From an uncultured virus (IMG/VR IMGVR_UViG_3300015608_004663) (taxonomy: Duplodnaviria; Heunggongvirae; Uroviricota; Caudoviricetes), in IMG/VR virus record IMGVR_UViG_3300015608_004663: DNA of 64,000 nt. One strand, written 5' to 3'. The stretch's first letter is position 1; the number at the start of each line of letters is the position of its first letter. Below, piece by piece: positions 1 through 11,600 of this stretch. The position numbers were made by a program, and so were the translations under genes. The notes beneath the pieces are model-generated. The model was given only the letters and a program-made list of their open reading frames with translations, was not told where the DNA came from and made no database searches.

Positions 1-203
1 CCATTGCGTCTATTTGACACAATGTAATCTAACTGTCGAGAACCGGTGTGAATCCATCTCTTTATGTGCGTCGGAGATTCATCGCACGAAAGATTGTAAG
101 CAATTCTTGTACCAAACTCTTTGTTGAGATGTTTGATTAGTGACTTAGAAACATCATCTGCTTCAGATAGATTCACACTATCTTGCTTCGTTTGTTTTGC
201 CAT
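1..203 (-). CDS. RecA/UvsX-like recombinase, N-terminal part (runs off window)
   Basis: Manual translation from ATG 203: MAKQTKQDSVNLSEADDVSKSLIKHLNKEFG...WIHTGSRQLDYIVSNRRNG, matching the RecA N-terminal [IS]-x-TGS-x-x-LD motif; lies directly downstream of the SSB gene. Confidence 0.75.
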   Translation of the reverse strand, partial: MAKQTKQDSVNLSEADDVSKSLIKHLNKEFGTRIAYNLSCDESPTHIKRWIHTGSRQLDYIVSNRRN

Positions 204-212
204 TTAACACCC

Positions 213-248
213 AACGCTCAGCGGCGATTCACATCGCCGCTGAGCGTT
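213..248 (-). terminator. 16-bp perfect stem-loop downstream of SSB gene
   Basis: aacgctcagcggcgat (213-228) / tcac loop / atcgccgctgagcgtt (233-248); no clear U-tract. Confidence 0.6.
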
Positions 249-271
249 CATAATTGTTGAGCGCGATCTAA

Positions 272-1102
272 CTAATTCGTGTTTTTAAACATGTTTTCAA
301 GATCATCAAGCGTATCAGACGTAGTTTTCTTCTTCTTAGAAGAAGATGCGTCTTGTGATTCAGATTGCTTCTGCTTGCTGCTTTGCTCTTTTTGTTCTGA
401 TTCAGAGTTTCCGCGCTGAGTGCCTGAGCTGTCATCGACAGGAGCGCCAGCGTTGATCCACTCTTCAAGAACGCGCTTGCACTCATCATATGATTTTGGC
501 TTATAAATTTCATTGATGTTGGGAAGCTTGCTCATAAGCTCAGCAAGCTCTTTTTTATTAGCAAGCGCTGGTGATGGTTTGCGCGCGGCATCGACTGCTG
601 TGTCATTGTACTTTTTTCCAGCAGTTTTTGTGATTTTCACTTTTAGATCGTAACCATTATCAAGGTCAAGAAAATCACCAATTTCAGAATCAACAAAAAA
701 TCCAAGCAAGCGAGCGTGGATCTCTTTACCAACATTCCAAATCTTAACACCTTCTGATTCTTTACCTCGCACAATGATTGGAATGTACGCTCTGATTTTT
801 GGCAGCAAGCGCTTTGCAATCACTTTATCATCGTCTTTCTTAGTTGCAAAGAGACGATCTCGCATCTCTTTGACTGGATCACGTTGATTAAACTGCGATG
901 GCGCAATCAGTTTGTTATTTCCAAAATAATAGATTGCTCTCTCATGAAACGGCTGACCGGGTTGAGCATCTGGCCATGGAAGGCAGCGAATCTGATACTC
1001 TCCCAATTCAGGGAACCAGTAAGACATCTGATTGTTAGATTTTTGCTTATTTTCAGATAACGCTTTGAGCTTTTCTTTAATTGCATTAAGATCGATTGCC
1101 AT
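272..1102 (-). CDS. single-stranded DNA-binding protein, T4 gp32-like
   Basis: YQIRCLP, PF.E...Y, RAYIPIIVRG, GVKIW, D.DNGYDLK motifs; low-complexity acidic C-terminal tail (DTLDDLENMF). Confidence 0.8.
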   Translation of the reverse strand: MAIDLNAIKEKLKALSENKQKSNNQMSYWFPELGEYQIRCLPWPDAQPGQPFHERAIYYFGNNKLIAPSQFNQRDPVKEMRDRLFATKKDDDKVIAKRLLPKIRAYIPIIVRGKESEGVKIWNVGKEIHARLLGFFVDSEIGDFLDLDNGYDLKVKITKTAGKKYNDTAVDAARKPSPALANKKELAELMSKLPNINEIYKPKSYDECKRVLEEWINAGAPVDDSSGTQRGNSESEQKEQSSKQKQSESQDASSSKKKKTTSDTLDDLENMFKNTN

Positions 1103-1156
1103 GATTTTCTCTTTCTTTTGTTTATTTACGCTACCATGTTTTAATGGTGCGTGAAA

Positions 1157-1780
1157 TTACTTCTCACTTGTTAGTGCGATACTATCACCACGTTTTTCTT
1201 GCAAAGTAGAGAAGTAATCAGCTGTTTGAATTACATTCACTAATTCAGGTTCTTTAAGACAATATGTTTTATTCTCTTGCAAAACCCAACCATCATTCAA
1301 ATAAATAGCTAACCACTCAGGTTGCGTTAGTACAACATTATGTTTTGATAATACGTACAGACCGCGCAACGGTACTGACATATAAATTAATTTATCATTA
1401 TGAGTGTAAATTTCACCAAGTTTATCTTGGCGCCATGCATCTGTTTGCTTGATATAATATGGCTGCTCTCCATCTCCAATCTTGCCAAGATCGTGAAACA
1501 AAGCAGCAATAATCATAGAATCACGATTGATGTCAATGTTCATTGCTTTACTGTATTTCACAGCATTTCGCAGCACGCGCAATGAATGGTCTACAAGACC
1601 ACCGGGAAACGCATTGTGAAAATCTCGCTTAGCGCTCGCAGGCGATATAGCTAATTCATCACCAATAGCGTCTAACATCTTAAGTACAGGAGAGCGCCGA
1701 TTGTCAGATATGCTTTGACACAGTTTCTGAAAAGAAACCCAATTAGAATAAATTTGTTCTTCAGTGAGCTCTGAAATCAT
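1157..1780 (-). CDS. HD-domain hydrolase, YhaM/Cbf1-like 3'-5' exonuclease
   Basis: PAS...HNAFPGGLVDHSL and ALFHDLGK motifs, distal AD. Confidence 0.75.
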   Translation of the reverse strand: MISELTEEQIYSNWVSFQKLCQSISDNRRSPVLKMLDAIGDELAISPASAKRDFHNAFPGGLVDHSLRVLRNAVKYSKAMNIDINRDSMIIAALFHDLGKIGDGEQPYYIKQTDAWRQDKLGEIYTHNDKLIYMSVPLRGLYVLSKHNVVLTQPEWLAIYLNDGWVLQENKTYCLKEPELVNVIQTADYFSTLQEKRGDSIALTSEK

Positions 1781-2851
1781 TTAAGCACTTAACCTTGTTG
1801 CTTTATAATAAAGCTTTCCAACGCGATCAACAACAGTCGAAGATACAAAACCCTCTTCAAGAGCGTTGTAACAATCTTCTACAATAATTGCGTCATGAAT
1901 AACACCAAGCGGAGAGAGGCGCAAAGATGAGCAGATCTGCTCAAATCCAAGAACTGCAGCATCAACAGCAGATGATTGTATGTAATCATTTATGATGTAA
2001 CCATCATTTTCAATATCTTTTGTAGATATCATTCTGCCGTATATGTTTATGATTCGAGCTTTGTCTGGTGATGCAGCTCTGATGTGGCGCGCAAGATTTT
2101 TAAGATCAAACCATTCTGCAATCGATCTTGCATCAGCAGATCTGTTCATCTGATCGCCGTACAGAGACGAAACAACAGCTTTTTTCGCTGCATCTCGTGA
2201 CGCAACTGACATAACATTCTCTGCTAACCACGCGTATAAATCACTGCCAGAAAATTTTGAACCCATAACATTCGCTACTATTGTGGGCTCCAAGGCTCTG
2301 AAATCTACGTAATAGATTGGTGCGTTGCTCTCACCAGAGATAAATTTTCGATCTTCTTTTGACATCGTCAAGATCTTTGGCCCAGAAACAACGATCATTC
2401 GACCCGTTCTTGTCGATAGTCTATCATACACAACCGTTCCAGCATCCGCACCTGAGATCTTGATGGGCTTGAGACCGTTTAAAAAGTGGCCCACGCGCTC
2501 CCAGACATCACTGTAGTACTGCATCACAGTCTCTGTATTGGCTTCTATAGCTGCATTCACAAAGTTCATTACTGTGCTTCTAAACACATGTTTTGGAAGC
2601 AGCATGCTCCACATTGGAGCTTGAGAGTTGAATGCAAATCTTGCAAGATTTGCATACTCTGCTGGAAACTCCAGCGTTGCTTGAGAAGCTGCTAACTTTA
2701 GCAGTGTATCAAAGCAAGCTTTGTTCTTGAACGATTTTGTGTAAATTGGTACTTGAAGATCTGCGTCTTCTGTCCAAGAACCAGATTTTGTCTGATCATC
2801 AAACAGCAGATGCTTGTGAGCGCCAATCACGCTTGAGTGAATGTAAAACAC
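1781..2851 (-). CDS. miniature family-A DNA polymerase (polymerase domain only)
   Basis: TRTGRM, motif A YVDFRALE, motif B R..AKK....LYG, N.YIQSSA.D, motif C IHDA. Confidence 0.7.
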   Translation of the reverse strand: MFYIHSSVIGAHKHLLFDDQTKSGSWTEDADLQVPIYTKSFKNKACFDTLLKLAASQATLEFPAEYANLARFAFNSQAPMWSMLLPKHVFRSTVMNFVNAAIEANTETVMQYYSDVWERVGHFLNGLKPIKISGADAGTVVYDRLSTRTGRMIVVSGPKILTMSKEDRKFISGESNAPIYYVDFRALEPTIVANVMGSKFSGSDLYAWLAENVMSVASRDAAKKAVVSSLYGDQMNRSADARSIAEWFDLKNLARHIRAASPDKARIINIYGRMISTKDIENDGYIINDYIQSSAVDAAVLGFEQICSSLRLSPLGVIHDAIIVEDCYNALEEGFVSSTVVDRVGKLYYKATRLSA

Positions 2852-2885
2852 ATTATGTGTTATAACGACTCAATCAAGCAAAGTA

Positions 2886-5624
2886 TCAGAATGTGAATCC
2901 CTTTGCATCTCTGCGTTTTTTTGTAACAGTTTTTTCTTGCTGCGAAACATCTTGCTTAGAAGTCGCCATAGATTGAATTGCGCTTATCACTGACGGAGCT
3001 CCCTCAAGAGCGCCATAAGCATCTGCAAAACCAAAAGTCACCTGCGTCTCAAACTTACCGGGTTGAATTGAATGTGCAAGCTGAGTAACGATGTACAGAT
3101 TATCAACAGTCGTTCCAGTCATAAAATCTACAAACCAGATTTGCGCAAGCTGAATCAGAGCGCAACCAAGCATTGACATCTGCAGCGTAGACGGAATGAT
3201 TCGTAGCGGTAGGCCCCCGGTCCCGGCACCGTTTGGTTGTGTGTTATTCTTTTTCCCGGCGCGTAACATCTGAACAGTTGATAGCAGCGCTTCATGCTGA
3301 GAAGAAAGATTAGCTGATGAAATTGATGTGCAATTTGTGCCGTAAATTATTGTTGGCACAGTGGCTGCTATAGCTGATTTTATCGATGCATTAGTTGATA
3401 CATCAATTTGTCTGTTGCTAGATGCATCATTGATGACCTGATTTGCAAGCTGCTTGATAAGCGTAACGTTATTAGCGTCAGCTGTTTCAGCTGCTTGCTT
3501 GAGCTTCGAGCGCGATACTTCATAAAACGTTGAAGATCCATCAGACGCTCTAAGAAAAGAACCAGCAGCTCTGTACGGGTGACACTGCTTATCAAAGACG
3601 TGAATTCTTGTGATCTTTGCACCGTTAACTGAAGGTGCAGATTCAACGTAAATCTCGATCACTGGTTTTTTAAACACACCGTATTTGCCAAGAAGCTCAG
3701 CGGTTCTAGATTCGCGCTTCGCTGTCTGAGTGGGATCTTCAACAAATCCAGCTTTTGAATCGTACGTATAAAAAGATCTCAATCCGTATCCAACAGATCT
3801 AGGATCGCTAATTGTAGATTCTGCTAAAACACTTGTGAACTCTTCAATCGTTATATTTTCAGTACCGCGTCGCTCGCAGTGTTCTTTCCACTGATCAATA
3901 AACACTTGCATCTCAACTGGAAATTCGCCTATGTTGGTGCTAGCAACTGGTCCCGCTTGGGGGTTGAACGTGTAAAAAAATACTTGCAGATCAACAGCTG
4001 GATCAGCTGATAGCATCGATGACATCACAAACGTCGTGAACACTTTTGCAAATGACGCGATCTTTTTTTCAGATTTTTTTACTTGCGCTGGGGGCGCAGC
4101 GTTTCTAACGCTGACAAAATTCGACACAGGATGATCTGGATATTTGTCCTGATCTGGCAAGAACGGATCCACGCCGTTGCGAACTTGAGAGAATTTCTCT
4201 GCAATCTCTGCAGAGATAGATTTTCTAAACGCAACAAGATCACTTGGCAATTGTTTTAATTCTGATGCAAGCTGACGCTGTGAAGCGGGATCGATCTTGG
4301 GATCTGGCTGCTCAATTGTTTTTAGCAATTTGCTTATAGCGTCTTTTAACTCTTGCGTTGAAAAATTTGATAACGAGCCACGCTCAGCTCCGTCAAGAAT
4401 CTGCAGAGGTCTGATCTCAGATAAAGATCCAGACTCTGCATCAAGACCTTTAGCGATTCTGTAAGCAGTGATGTCATTGCGTAACTTAACAAGCTTTCTA
4501 TACAGCGCAACAGATGATGAAGTTGATTCTGAGACTTTTGTTGTTTTTATCTCAGACACGCCTCTTGTAAACAGTTCAAGATCAATCTTGACAGATCCGT
4601 CAGCGTTAAATGAATACGATGCGTTCACTATACCGTAACTCTCTCGCACTGATGATTGTGAATTTATGAATTCAGCATACGGATTTCTTGGTTCGTCTGG
4701 GTGAGACCATCCGTACGTCATAATAACTGATGTTTTTGGATACACTTCTGGCTTTAAGAAGTCGCTCAGTTCTGTCATTCTGCTTCGATCGTGAAGCACA
4801 AAACTTAATTTTGCTTTCTTGTAAGAAAACATGCCAACAGTTGGTGTAACTGATATCTCTGCGCCGATAAGAGACGCCATCGGCCGTGTCGGATCAATGA
4901 TTGATACGTAGCGCGATGAAGCACCAGATGGTTCAAGTGACACAAGCGTTTGCGGAGACGTAAAGATCTCCATTCCAGCTGCGATCAATTCGCGATCACC
5001 AGATATAGTTCGCTGACTATCAAACATAGCTTTGTTTGCACCAACAGTAGCATCACTGCTAGCACCAAGCAAGAATTTCAGCAATCCTGGAGCTTGTGCA
5101 CCTTTGTCATACTTTGGTCGATCAAACCTGAACTCAATGTCTAATTTTGGCACGCACCTAGACATTATGTGCGAAGGAATAGCAGTCAGAAACATCTCAG
5201 CTCTGTCAGCGTATCTGACTGATGGGTGAACATATGGAGCGTCAATGAGAGCTACGCACGCATTTCGTCCAACACAATCAGGTATTGTTTTTAAAAGATC
5301 TACTTCTATTTGAGAGCCGTCTGCTGCGCGAGCGAGCTTGTGAGCTCTTGGAGCGTAAGATGGATAGCCAGCAGTTGTGTAAAGTTTCAAAATATCTGCA
5401 AGTTCAGATTTTTGCTTGTCAGTAGCTTTTGCTGCTACGCTATCAATTTTAGATTTCAGATCTGGTGTGCTGAGCACGCCACCGACAGGCGTTAGCAAAA
5501 ACGCTTCAATCAAAAGAGCAGAGATCAGCTCAGATTGCTTACCAGTTCTGAAATCAATAGCTCCAGCAAGATCAGATGGTGATAGTGCTCTGAAGACATC
5601 TTCTAATTTAGCGCTAATTGTCAT
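2886..5624 (-). CDS. putative baseplate hub protein (gp27/gpD-like)
   Basis: 912 aa; position after LysM gene; YGWSHP motif and C-terminal DNLYIVTQLAHSIQPGKFETQV typical of hub proteins. Confidence 0.55.
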   Translation of the reverse strand: MTISAKLEDVFRALSPSDLAGAIDFRTGKQSELISALLIEAFLLTPVGGVLSTPDLKSKIDSVAAKATDKQKSELADILKLYTTAGYPSYAPRAHKLARAADGSQIEVDLLKTIPDCVGRNACVALIDAPYVHPSVRYADRAEMFLTAIPSHIMSRCVPKLDIEFRFDRPKYDKGAQAPGLLKFLLGASSDATVGANKAMFDSQRTISGDRELIAAGMEIFTSPQTLVSLEPSGASSRYVSIIDPTRPMASLIGAEISVTPTVGMFSYKKAKLSFVLHDRSRMTELSDFLKPEVYPKTSVIMTYGWSHPDEPRNPYAEFINSQSSVRESYGIVNASYSFNADGSVKIDLELFTRGVSEIKTTKVSESTSSSVALYRKLVKLRNDITAYRIAKGLDAESGSLSEIRPLQILDGAERGSLSNFSTQELKDAISKLLKTIEQPDPKIDPASQRQLASELKQLPSDLVAFRKSISAEIAEKFSQVRNGVDPFLPDQDKYPDHPVSNFVSVRNAAPPAQVKKSEKKIASFAKVFTTFVMSSMLSADPAVDLQVFFYTFNPQAGPVASTNIGEFPVEMQVFIDQWKEHCERRGTENITIEEFTSVLAESTISDPRSVGYGLRSFYTYDSKAGFVEDPTQTAKRESRTAELLGKYGVFKKPVIEIYVESAPSVNGAKITRIHVFDKQCHPYRAAGSFLRASDGSSTFYEVSRSKLKQAAETADANNVTLIKQLANQVINDASSNRQIDVSTNASIKSAIAATVPTIIYGTNCTSISSANLSSQHEALLSTVQMLRAGKKNNTQPNGAGTGGLPLRIIPSTLQMSMLGCALIQLAQIWFVDFMTGTTVDNLYIVTQLAHSIQPGKFETQVTFGFADAYGALEGAPSVISAIQSMATSKQDVSQQEKTVTKKRRDAKGFTF

Positions 5625-5926
5625 TTATCTGCTCTTGCAATTATATCAAGCGTGATCGTTAGATCAGGAATCTTTAGCACAGTTCCAGCAGGACACTGAA
5701 GAGGCCAGCCGATATCTGACGCAGCAGCAAGCACCCACCAATATCTTCCATCTCCATATATGTCACCTGCGATCGTGTCTAATCGCTCTGATCCTTTTAA
5801 GACAGATATCTTGTGTGGTAGCGTCCCAGATCTAATCGCTGCTCTGATAGCAGAAGCAGCTCGTGAAGTACCTCTCTGATACCCAATAGCTAACACTGGG
5901 GATGTTAAGTATCTGCTGATTGCCAT
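5621..5926 (-). CDS. LysM/gpX-like baseplate wedge protein
   Basis: GSERLDTIAGDIYGDGRYWWVLAAAS...GTVLKIP. Confidence 0.8.
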   Translation of the reverse strand: MAISRYLTSPVLAIGYQRGTSRAASAIRAAIRSGTLPHKISVLKGSERLDTIAGDIYGDGRYWWVLAAASDIGWPLQCPAGTVLKIPDLTITLDIIARADK

Positions 5927-8508
5927 TAGCGCACATTACCGATCTGGTAGATCGGCGCTCGTGATGATCCGAAACGATCTAATCCTGGTGCGATGTCATG
6001 AATGACAGTGTAACTCATATCGATTGATACACCCATTGGTGCGCGTCGACCCTTGTCGATCTCCCACATGTGTCTATCTAACATGTTTATGCTTAGTGAA
6101 TCTATCTTGCCTGCGAGCCCCTGCCCGCCAACTTCTTTAAATGATTTAATCACTGCGTTATTATCTTCAGAGAAAAAATTATTAATCTCTGCTGACGCAC
6201 TGTCAGTTTCTTGATCAGGAGACAGTGATCGCTCTAATTTTTTCATAGTCTGAAGCGTTGGTCTTAATAGGTTTGTCGGTATAACGTACACGCCACCAAC
6301 GATTGTTTGCTTTGAACTGTTAAATTTAGCTATGTCATCTCTTGACACTGCTGATGATTCTTGCGAATTGATGTTCACAGCGCAAGCTACAACTCCCTCA
6401 TTCAAGACATTGACGACATTGACGACAAAGCTTTTCTGCGAACTTAGCATCGTTGAATCAAACACAGGAGATGTTGACAATTGCGTCGCTCCAGCGAGCG
6501 CTGGAAACACTCCAGCTCCAACGTAAAATGTGTACCCTGAGTTGGGTTGCAATGCAGCGTCTTTTATTAAAGATGTTAATGTTCCTGGATCGATTGGTGC
6601 TTTGTAATTCACAACTTTCCCAGATAGTTTTAAATTGTCTTCTCCGTATCCAAATATTCTTTGAATCGCAAACTTAGTGTAATTTGATTTTATCACATCA
6701 CCGATGCGCATTCTAATGATTGGAGAAGCTGAAAACGTTTGACTGAATGGCTGCACGAATCTATCTGTTCCGCTACTGTCAGATTGAACCCATCGACCAC
6801 CATCAAACTGTGGGTACACAAGCGTCACAAGCTTGTTTATCTTAACCCACATATCATCAAAGTCATCTGGGCTTGTTGACACAACTGTAAAATTTAGTGA
6901 TATAGTTCTTGATGTTGATTTATATACGTGAACGTCATCGACTCGACCACATCCTTCTGTTGATTCCCACTTTGGTGAAAACGTTTCTTGCAAATTTCCC
7001 AAAAAAGCATGAAACGCGATGATTTCATTTGTTCGCAAATCGTGAAAGTAGAATGGAACGTACTCAGCGTCAAGCTGTCGCTCAAAAGCTTCTCTGTCTT
7101 CTGTTGAGATTCTAGATCCGCGAGATCTGCGCTCTGCAGATGTTGCAATTATTGTTTTTGTTTTTGATCCAACTGAAGAGTAACCAACACCAGCTACTTG
7201 CGTGAACTCTCTTACGAGAGATTCTGGTATTTGGTACATAGAGCCAGCGCTAGCCACTCTTGGAACAGCAACAGCTAAAGCTTGAGCAGATAGCGCATCT
7301 TGGCCACCATCTATCACAGAGAGTATTGCATCGCCAAGTGATGCAAACGTAGATACAAATCCTATCAGTCTGCGAGATCTTGATACAATTGTGTTAATGT
7401 CAAGAGCTGACGCAATATCATCTGCGCCTGAAGCTGCGATAGCGCCAGCTCTAATGATCGCTCTAGCGATAACGATTCTGAATCCTGCATCACCACCGAT
7501 CACGCTTGCAAGCGCTGAAAAATCTGATAAATTAGAAATATTTAAACCGAAAAATGCTGCAACTCCAACATTAACACACGTAACAAAATTGTTTTTTGTT
7601 TGACGAATGCCAAGCGATCTAGCAATGATTCCTGCTTGAGACAGATTTGTGCTTGAGCCCAGCGGGCGCCGCCCAGTGCTTTCAGCAGCAGATGGCCGCG
7701 CAGATGAAGCAACTGAAGACAGCGCAGTCGCTGTTGCCGTCGCTGCAATCATAACAGAAGACACAACTGCTCCAGCTAAAGATGCAAGAGCAGCAGAATC
7801 AAGACTGCGATATGGCGCAAGCGGAGAATTCATCTGACCCCATGTATCAGCAGTCAGCGCTGAACCAGTCGGTTCTGCAGTTGCAGCAACTGACTTAAGT
7901 GCTGATAGAGCGTTGATCGATGACACAGATCTTCTTATCGCAAAAAGTTGATCTGTGCTAAATCCAACAGATTTTTGTGGATCAAAATCATCAATGCTAG
8001 CACCAGCGATCTGCGATGCGCGAGCAGTCAGCAGTGGACCAACGTTAAATGTTTTTCTAGTATCAAATCTTTGATTTCCAATCTGGATCGGTATTGATGA
8101 AAGAGTCAGATCAGATGATGCGCTGTTGCTTCTAACAGTTGATATTACGTAAGAAGCAACAGATTCTGGAGCGCTTCTTAGCGTTTCTCCGTTAAGCTCT
8201 ACGAGCGATTCAAGATCAGAAGTGGATCGAGGTATAGCAGAGATGCTAGCTTGCCCAGTTAAAGTTATCGGCTGAGATGAGAGCTGCGTCTCAGTCACAG
8301 ATTCATCTGTGATTGGTGTAATGTTAGCTTTGTATCCAGCTCTACCAGTCGTGACATCACTTAGCCAGTGACCCAAAGCCATTCGAGTGTTCTTTGGGAT
8401 ATCAACTATGGCTGGTTTTTGCGTCACTTCGATCTGTGGTTCTAACACACCGTCAAGTGAGTCACCCAAAGCTAAGACATACTGCTTGTCTCTGACTGTG
8501 ATTGGCAT
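5926..8508 (-). CDS. baseplate / tail tube initiator protein with long Ala/Ser-rich N-terminus
   Basis: PFYFHDLRT...FHAFL...ETFSPKWE..GRVD...Y..TSRTISLNF tube-initiator-like domain; between tape measure and LysM genes. Confidence 0.6.
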   Translation of the reverse strand: MPITVRDKQYVLALGDSLDGVLEPQIEVTQKPAIVDIPKNTRMALGHWLSDVTTGRAGYKANITPITDESVTETQLSSQPITLTGQASISAIPRSTSDLESLVELNGETLRSAPESVASYVISTVRSNSASSDLTLSSIPIQIGNQRFDTRKTFNVGPLLTARASQIAGASIDDFDPQKSVGFSTDQLFAIRRSVSSINALSALKSVAATAEPTGSALTADTWGQMNSPLAPYRSLDSAALASLAGAVVSSVMIAATATATALSSVASSARPSAAESTGRRPLGSSTNLSQAGIIARSLGIRQTKNNFVTCVNVGVAAFFGLNISNLSDFSALASVIGGDAGFRIVIARAIIRAGAIAASGADDIASALDINTIVSRSRRLIGFVSTFASLGDAILSVIDGGQDALSAQALAVAVPRVASAGSMYQIPESLVREFTQVAGVGYSSVGSKTKTIIATSAERRSRGSRISTEDREAFERQLDAEYVPFYFHDLRTNEIIAFHAFLGNLQETFSPKWESTEGCGRVDDVHVYKSTSRTISLNFTVVSTSPDDFDDMWVKINKLVTLVYPQFDGGRWVQSDSSGTDRFVQPFSQTFSASPIIRMRIGDVIKSNYTKFAIQRIFGYGEDNLKLSGKVVNYKAPIDPGTLTSLIKDAALQPNSGYTFYVGAGVFPALAGATQLSTSPVFDSTMLSSQKSFVVNVVNVLNEGVVACAVNINSQESSAVSRDDIAKFNSSKQTIVGGVYVIPTNLLRPTLQTMKKLERSLSPDQETDSASAEINNFFSEDNNAVIKSFKEVGGQGLAGKIDSLSINMLDRHMWEIDKGRRAPMGVSIDMSYTVIHDIAPGLDRFGSSRAPIYQIGNVR

Positions 8509-8660
8509 TGCGTTGTTGCGCTTGAACTTACGATCAACGAAATGTTTCTTACAATAGATTCAATGAATTTCATAGAAGACTGCTCTGCTGAGAAAAATTT
8601 CAAAGCAGAAGCAGCTATATCAGATTCATCAATCATATTTTTGCGTGATTGCAAATTCAA
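8472..8660 (-). CDS. small hypothetical protein
   Basis: Co-oriented ORF filling the gap between tape measure and baseplate genes; AAGGAAAG upstream. Confidence 0.35.
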   Translation of the reverse strand: MNLQSRKNMIDESDIAASALKFFSAEQSSMKFIESIVRNISLIVSSSATTQCQSQSETSSMS

Positions 8661-8681
8661 GCTTTCCTTTCACAGTAAGTA

Positions 8682-11600
8682 TCAGCGTCTAGGAGTTAGC
8701 GGTAACGGTGCAGGAGCTGTGGGTGTCGCTGGGATCTCTGTAGCTTGAGACGTTCCTTTGTACTGAGCGTTGTTGAGACGATCTCTGATCACTGATTCTT
8801 TTCTTTGAATGATCACGCGCTCAACTTCATCAGCGCGCATCGTGACAGTCAGATTTACTGTCAGCGCTACTTCTTTTGATTTGATGCTGTACTGACCAGA
8901 AGAACCAAGAGCGGGCAAAGCCGTCGCAAGGTGCTGAAGCTTTGTTGCGATATTCACTTTGTTTGCAGCAACGTTACTAAGCGCAGAATCTAGCTCATTA
9001 ACAACTCTGATCATGTCAGACACGCCAGCTGCAGTTGTTTCAATGACGCCAGCTTTGATAGCTTTCTGCATGTTTTGCAAAGCAGTTAACTTGATCTCAC
9101 TAACTTTGTTCAGTGACCACACAACTGCAGCTAATTTTGCGGGCAGCGCATCTGACACTGGTTTGAGAGAAGATTCTAGCTCTGATAGCTTCTGGCCCAA
9201 CTCCTTAAACGCAGCTACGTCGATCTTTCTAGCTCTGTCTCGCAGAGTAGCTAATTCATCAACTGTTGATGATAGCTGTCTAGCTCGCTGAACTGGATCG
9301 CCTGAACTTCTCATAGAGGTGATCAGCTTTGATGAGATATCACTTATCTCACGATCTTTTGCTTTTGCATCAGCTAGCTGCGCTGCTTGAGCTTCTGCTA
9401 GCGGCGACGCAGCGCGCTGCATTTCTTTTGCAGTTTTTTCAGCTAGTTGTTTTTGCGCAGACACTAAATCTCTGCTTCGAGCTTCTGCGTCTTTTTTTCG
9501 TTTCTCTGCAAATTGATACTCCATCAGCTCGTATCGATCTGCGAGCTCTTTCTCTTTCTTCAATCTTGCTGCTGCAAGCTCTTCTTCAATGTCTTGCTCG
9601 TGACCAGTAGTGACTTCACCAGTTAGTTTGCTTTTGTAAGTTTTGTTTCTTGATGATCTGATGTAAAACACGCTGCTGCGTCTAGCAGTCTCAATGCTTC
9701 TTGTTACGCTCTCTCTAACATCAAGAAACAGCTCTTCAAGTCTTTTGCCGATCTTGATCTTCATAACGGTCAGAAGATCATCAAGCGCATCAACCAACCC
9801 ACCAGTTACTTTCTTGTCAGTGAAAGCTGCAATGATCGGAGCGAATAGTTGTGATGCAAATGAAGCACCTTGCTTCGCACCACCAGCAAGACTTTGCAGC
9901 GCTTCTGTTGGATTGTAAAGAAAATCAGCTAAGAATCTTAGACCTTTCTCAAGTGCTCCTATAGCCCAACTAATACCCTCGCCAACTGCTTTAGCAATCG
10001 TTAGAAGAAAAGTTTTAAGTCCGTTGATCAGTTTTCTACCTGACGGCGCTTCAGCATCAAGAAAATCAAAAAATGAAGCTCTGATCTTTGTCATCAGCTC
10101 AGAAAAACTCATGTTGCCCGTGGTGACATCTTTAAAAAATTGCTCTAAAGCTCTTCTAAAGCTAGAAGCAAATTTCTTAAATTTGTCTGGTCTAAAGAGA
10201 TCTGCAAGTCCAGTTAGAAGATCTTTCACGCCTGGAAAGAGCTGCACAAATGAATTTCCTAGCTTGCCGCCCTCGCGCCACACTGCCATCAGCGCGTTGC
10301 GCAGATTGAAAACAGCTTTCGTGAAAGGACCAGACGTCATCACACCGCGCGAGAAACCTTTCAGCATAGCATCAAAGAAACCAGTGAATTCTGGTCCCTG
10401 TCTGACAAGGCGCTCAATAGAATCAGCTAGTTTTGAGAGCGCTTCAGCTTGTGTCAGCTGCTTTTTCTCAGCTTGCTCTGATTTCTTCTTGAGCATATCA
10501 AGTGACATTCCTTGATTCTGCTGAGAGAAAGCTAGACGAGCAGTCGCTTCATCAAGCCCAGTTGTCTGAGCTAGAAGCTTAAGCTCTTGTCTTGTCATTC
10601 CCTCTGTCGTTCGTCCTGCAGCGAAAAACGCTTTGCGCAGAGCGTCAATCTGCTCATCTGGTGATTGAGCTTCCATTAGAGAGAATGAATCTACGAGCAC
10701 ACCGAATGATTGAGCCAGCTTCGCTGAATTTTCCGCTGCGCTATCAAACGTTTCAAACGCGCTTAGCGTGCCAACTATTCGCTCAAGCTCAAGACCTAAC
10801 TTGCGAGAGTAAACAGATGCAACAGATATCTGCTTCACAGTTGCGCCACCAAAGTGCGCGACATCGCCAAGAGCTTTACCAACATCTCTTGATATCACTT
10901 TTGCATCAACACCGAACGCTTTGCCCAAAGCAAGCGCTTGAGTTGTCATGCTTGTCAGAACTTTTCTGCTTGAATTACCAGTTGATATTGATAGTTCACC
11001 AACGGCTTTCAGCTCTTCACTTGCTAAACCCAACCCTTTCTGAAAAGCGATTATAGCGCCACCATCAGCTTCAAATTCTGCTCGGAGCTTTCCAAAAATT
11101 GGACCCATAGCTGTAGCAAGCTCATTAACATACTCAATGCGCTGAGCAAGATCTCCAATGACTCCCCACGCTGACAGTCCAGTCGCTTTGAAGCCTTTCA
11201 TAGAAGAAGACAGCGCTAAAACAGTGCCAGCGACTGGCCCTTTCAGATCACCAAACTGTCTCCTCACGCTTTCAATCTTTGTTTGAATCTCAGTCAAGAT
11301 CGACGCAACATCATTTGATAATTTGACAAACCCTTCAAACACCCTAAACGGGATCGCCAAAATCGCTTTACCAACTTCAAACAAGCTTGAAACTAATCCT
11401 GTGACAAAGCTCATCGCGCTTGAGGCTATCGCTCCCAAACCGCTGATCGCATTTGTTAAACCTTTGATCGCAAGCAAAGCTAAACCAGCACCACCAGTCG
11501 CTGCTGCCATAGCAGTCAGTGCGTTGTCAGCTTTGTTTGCTTCAACAAGAAGCTTTGACATAGAGTTATCTGTTTCATCACTGATTTCACGCAATGACTT

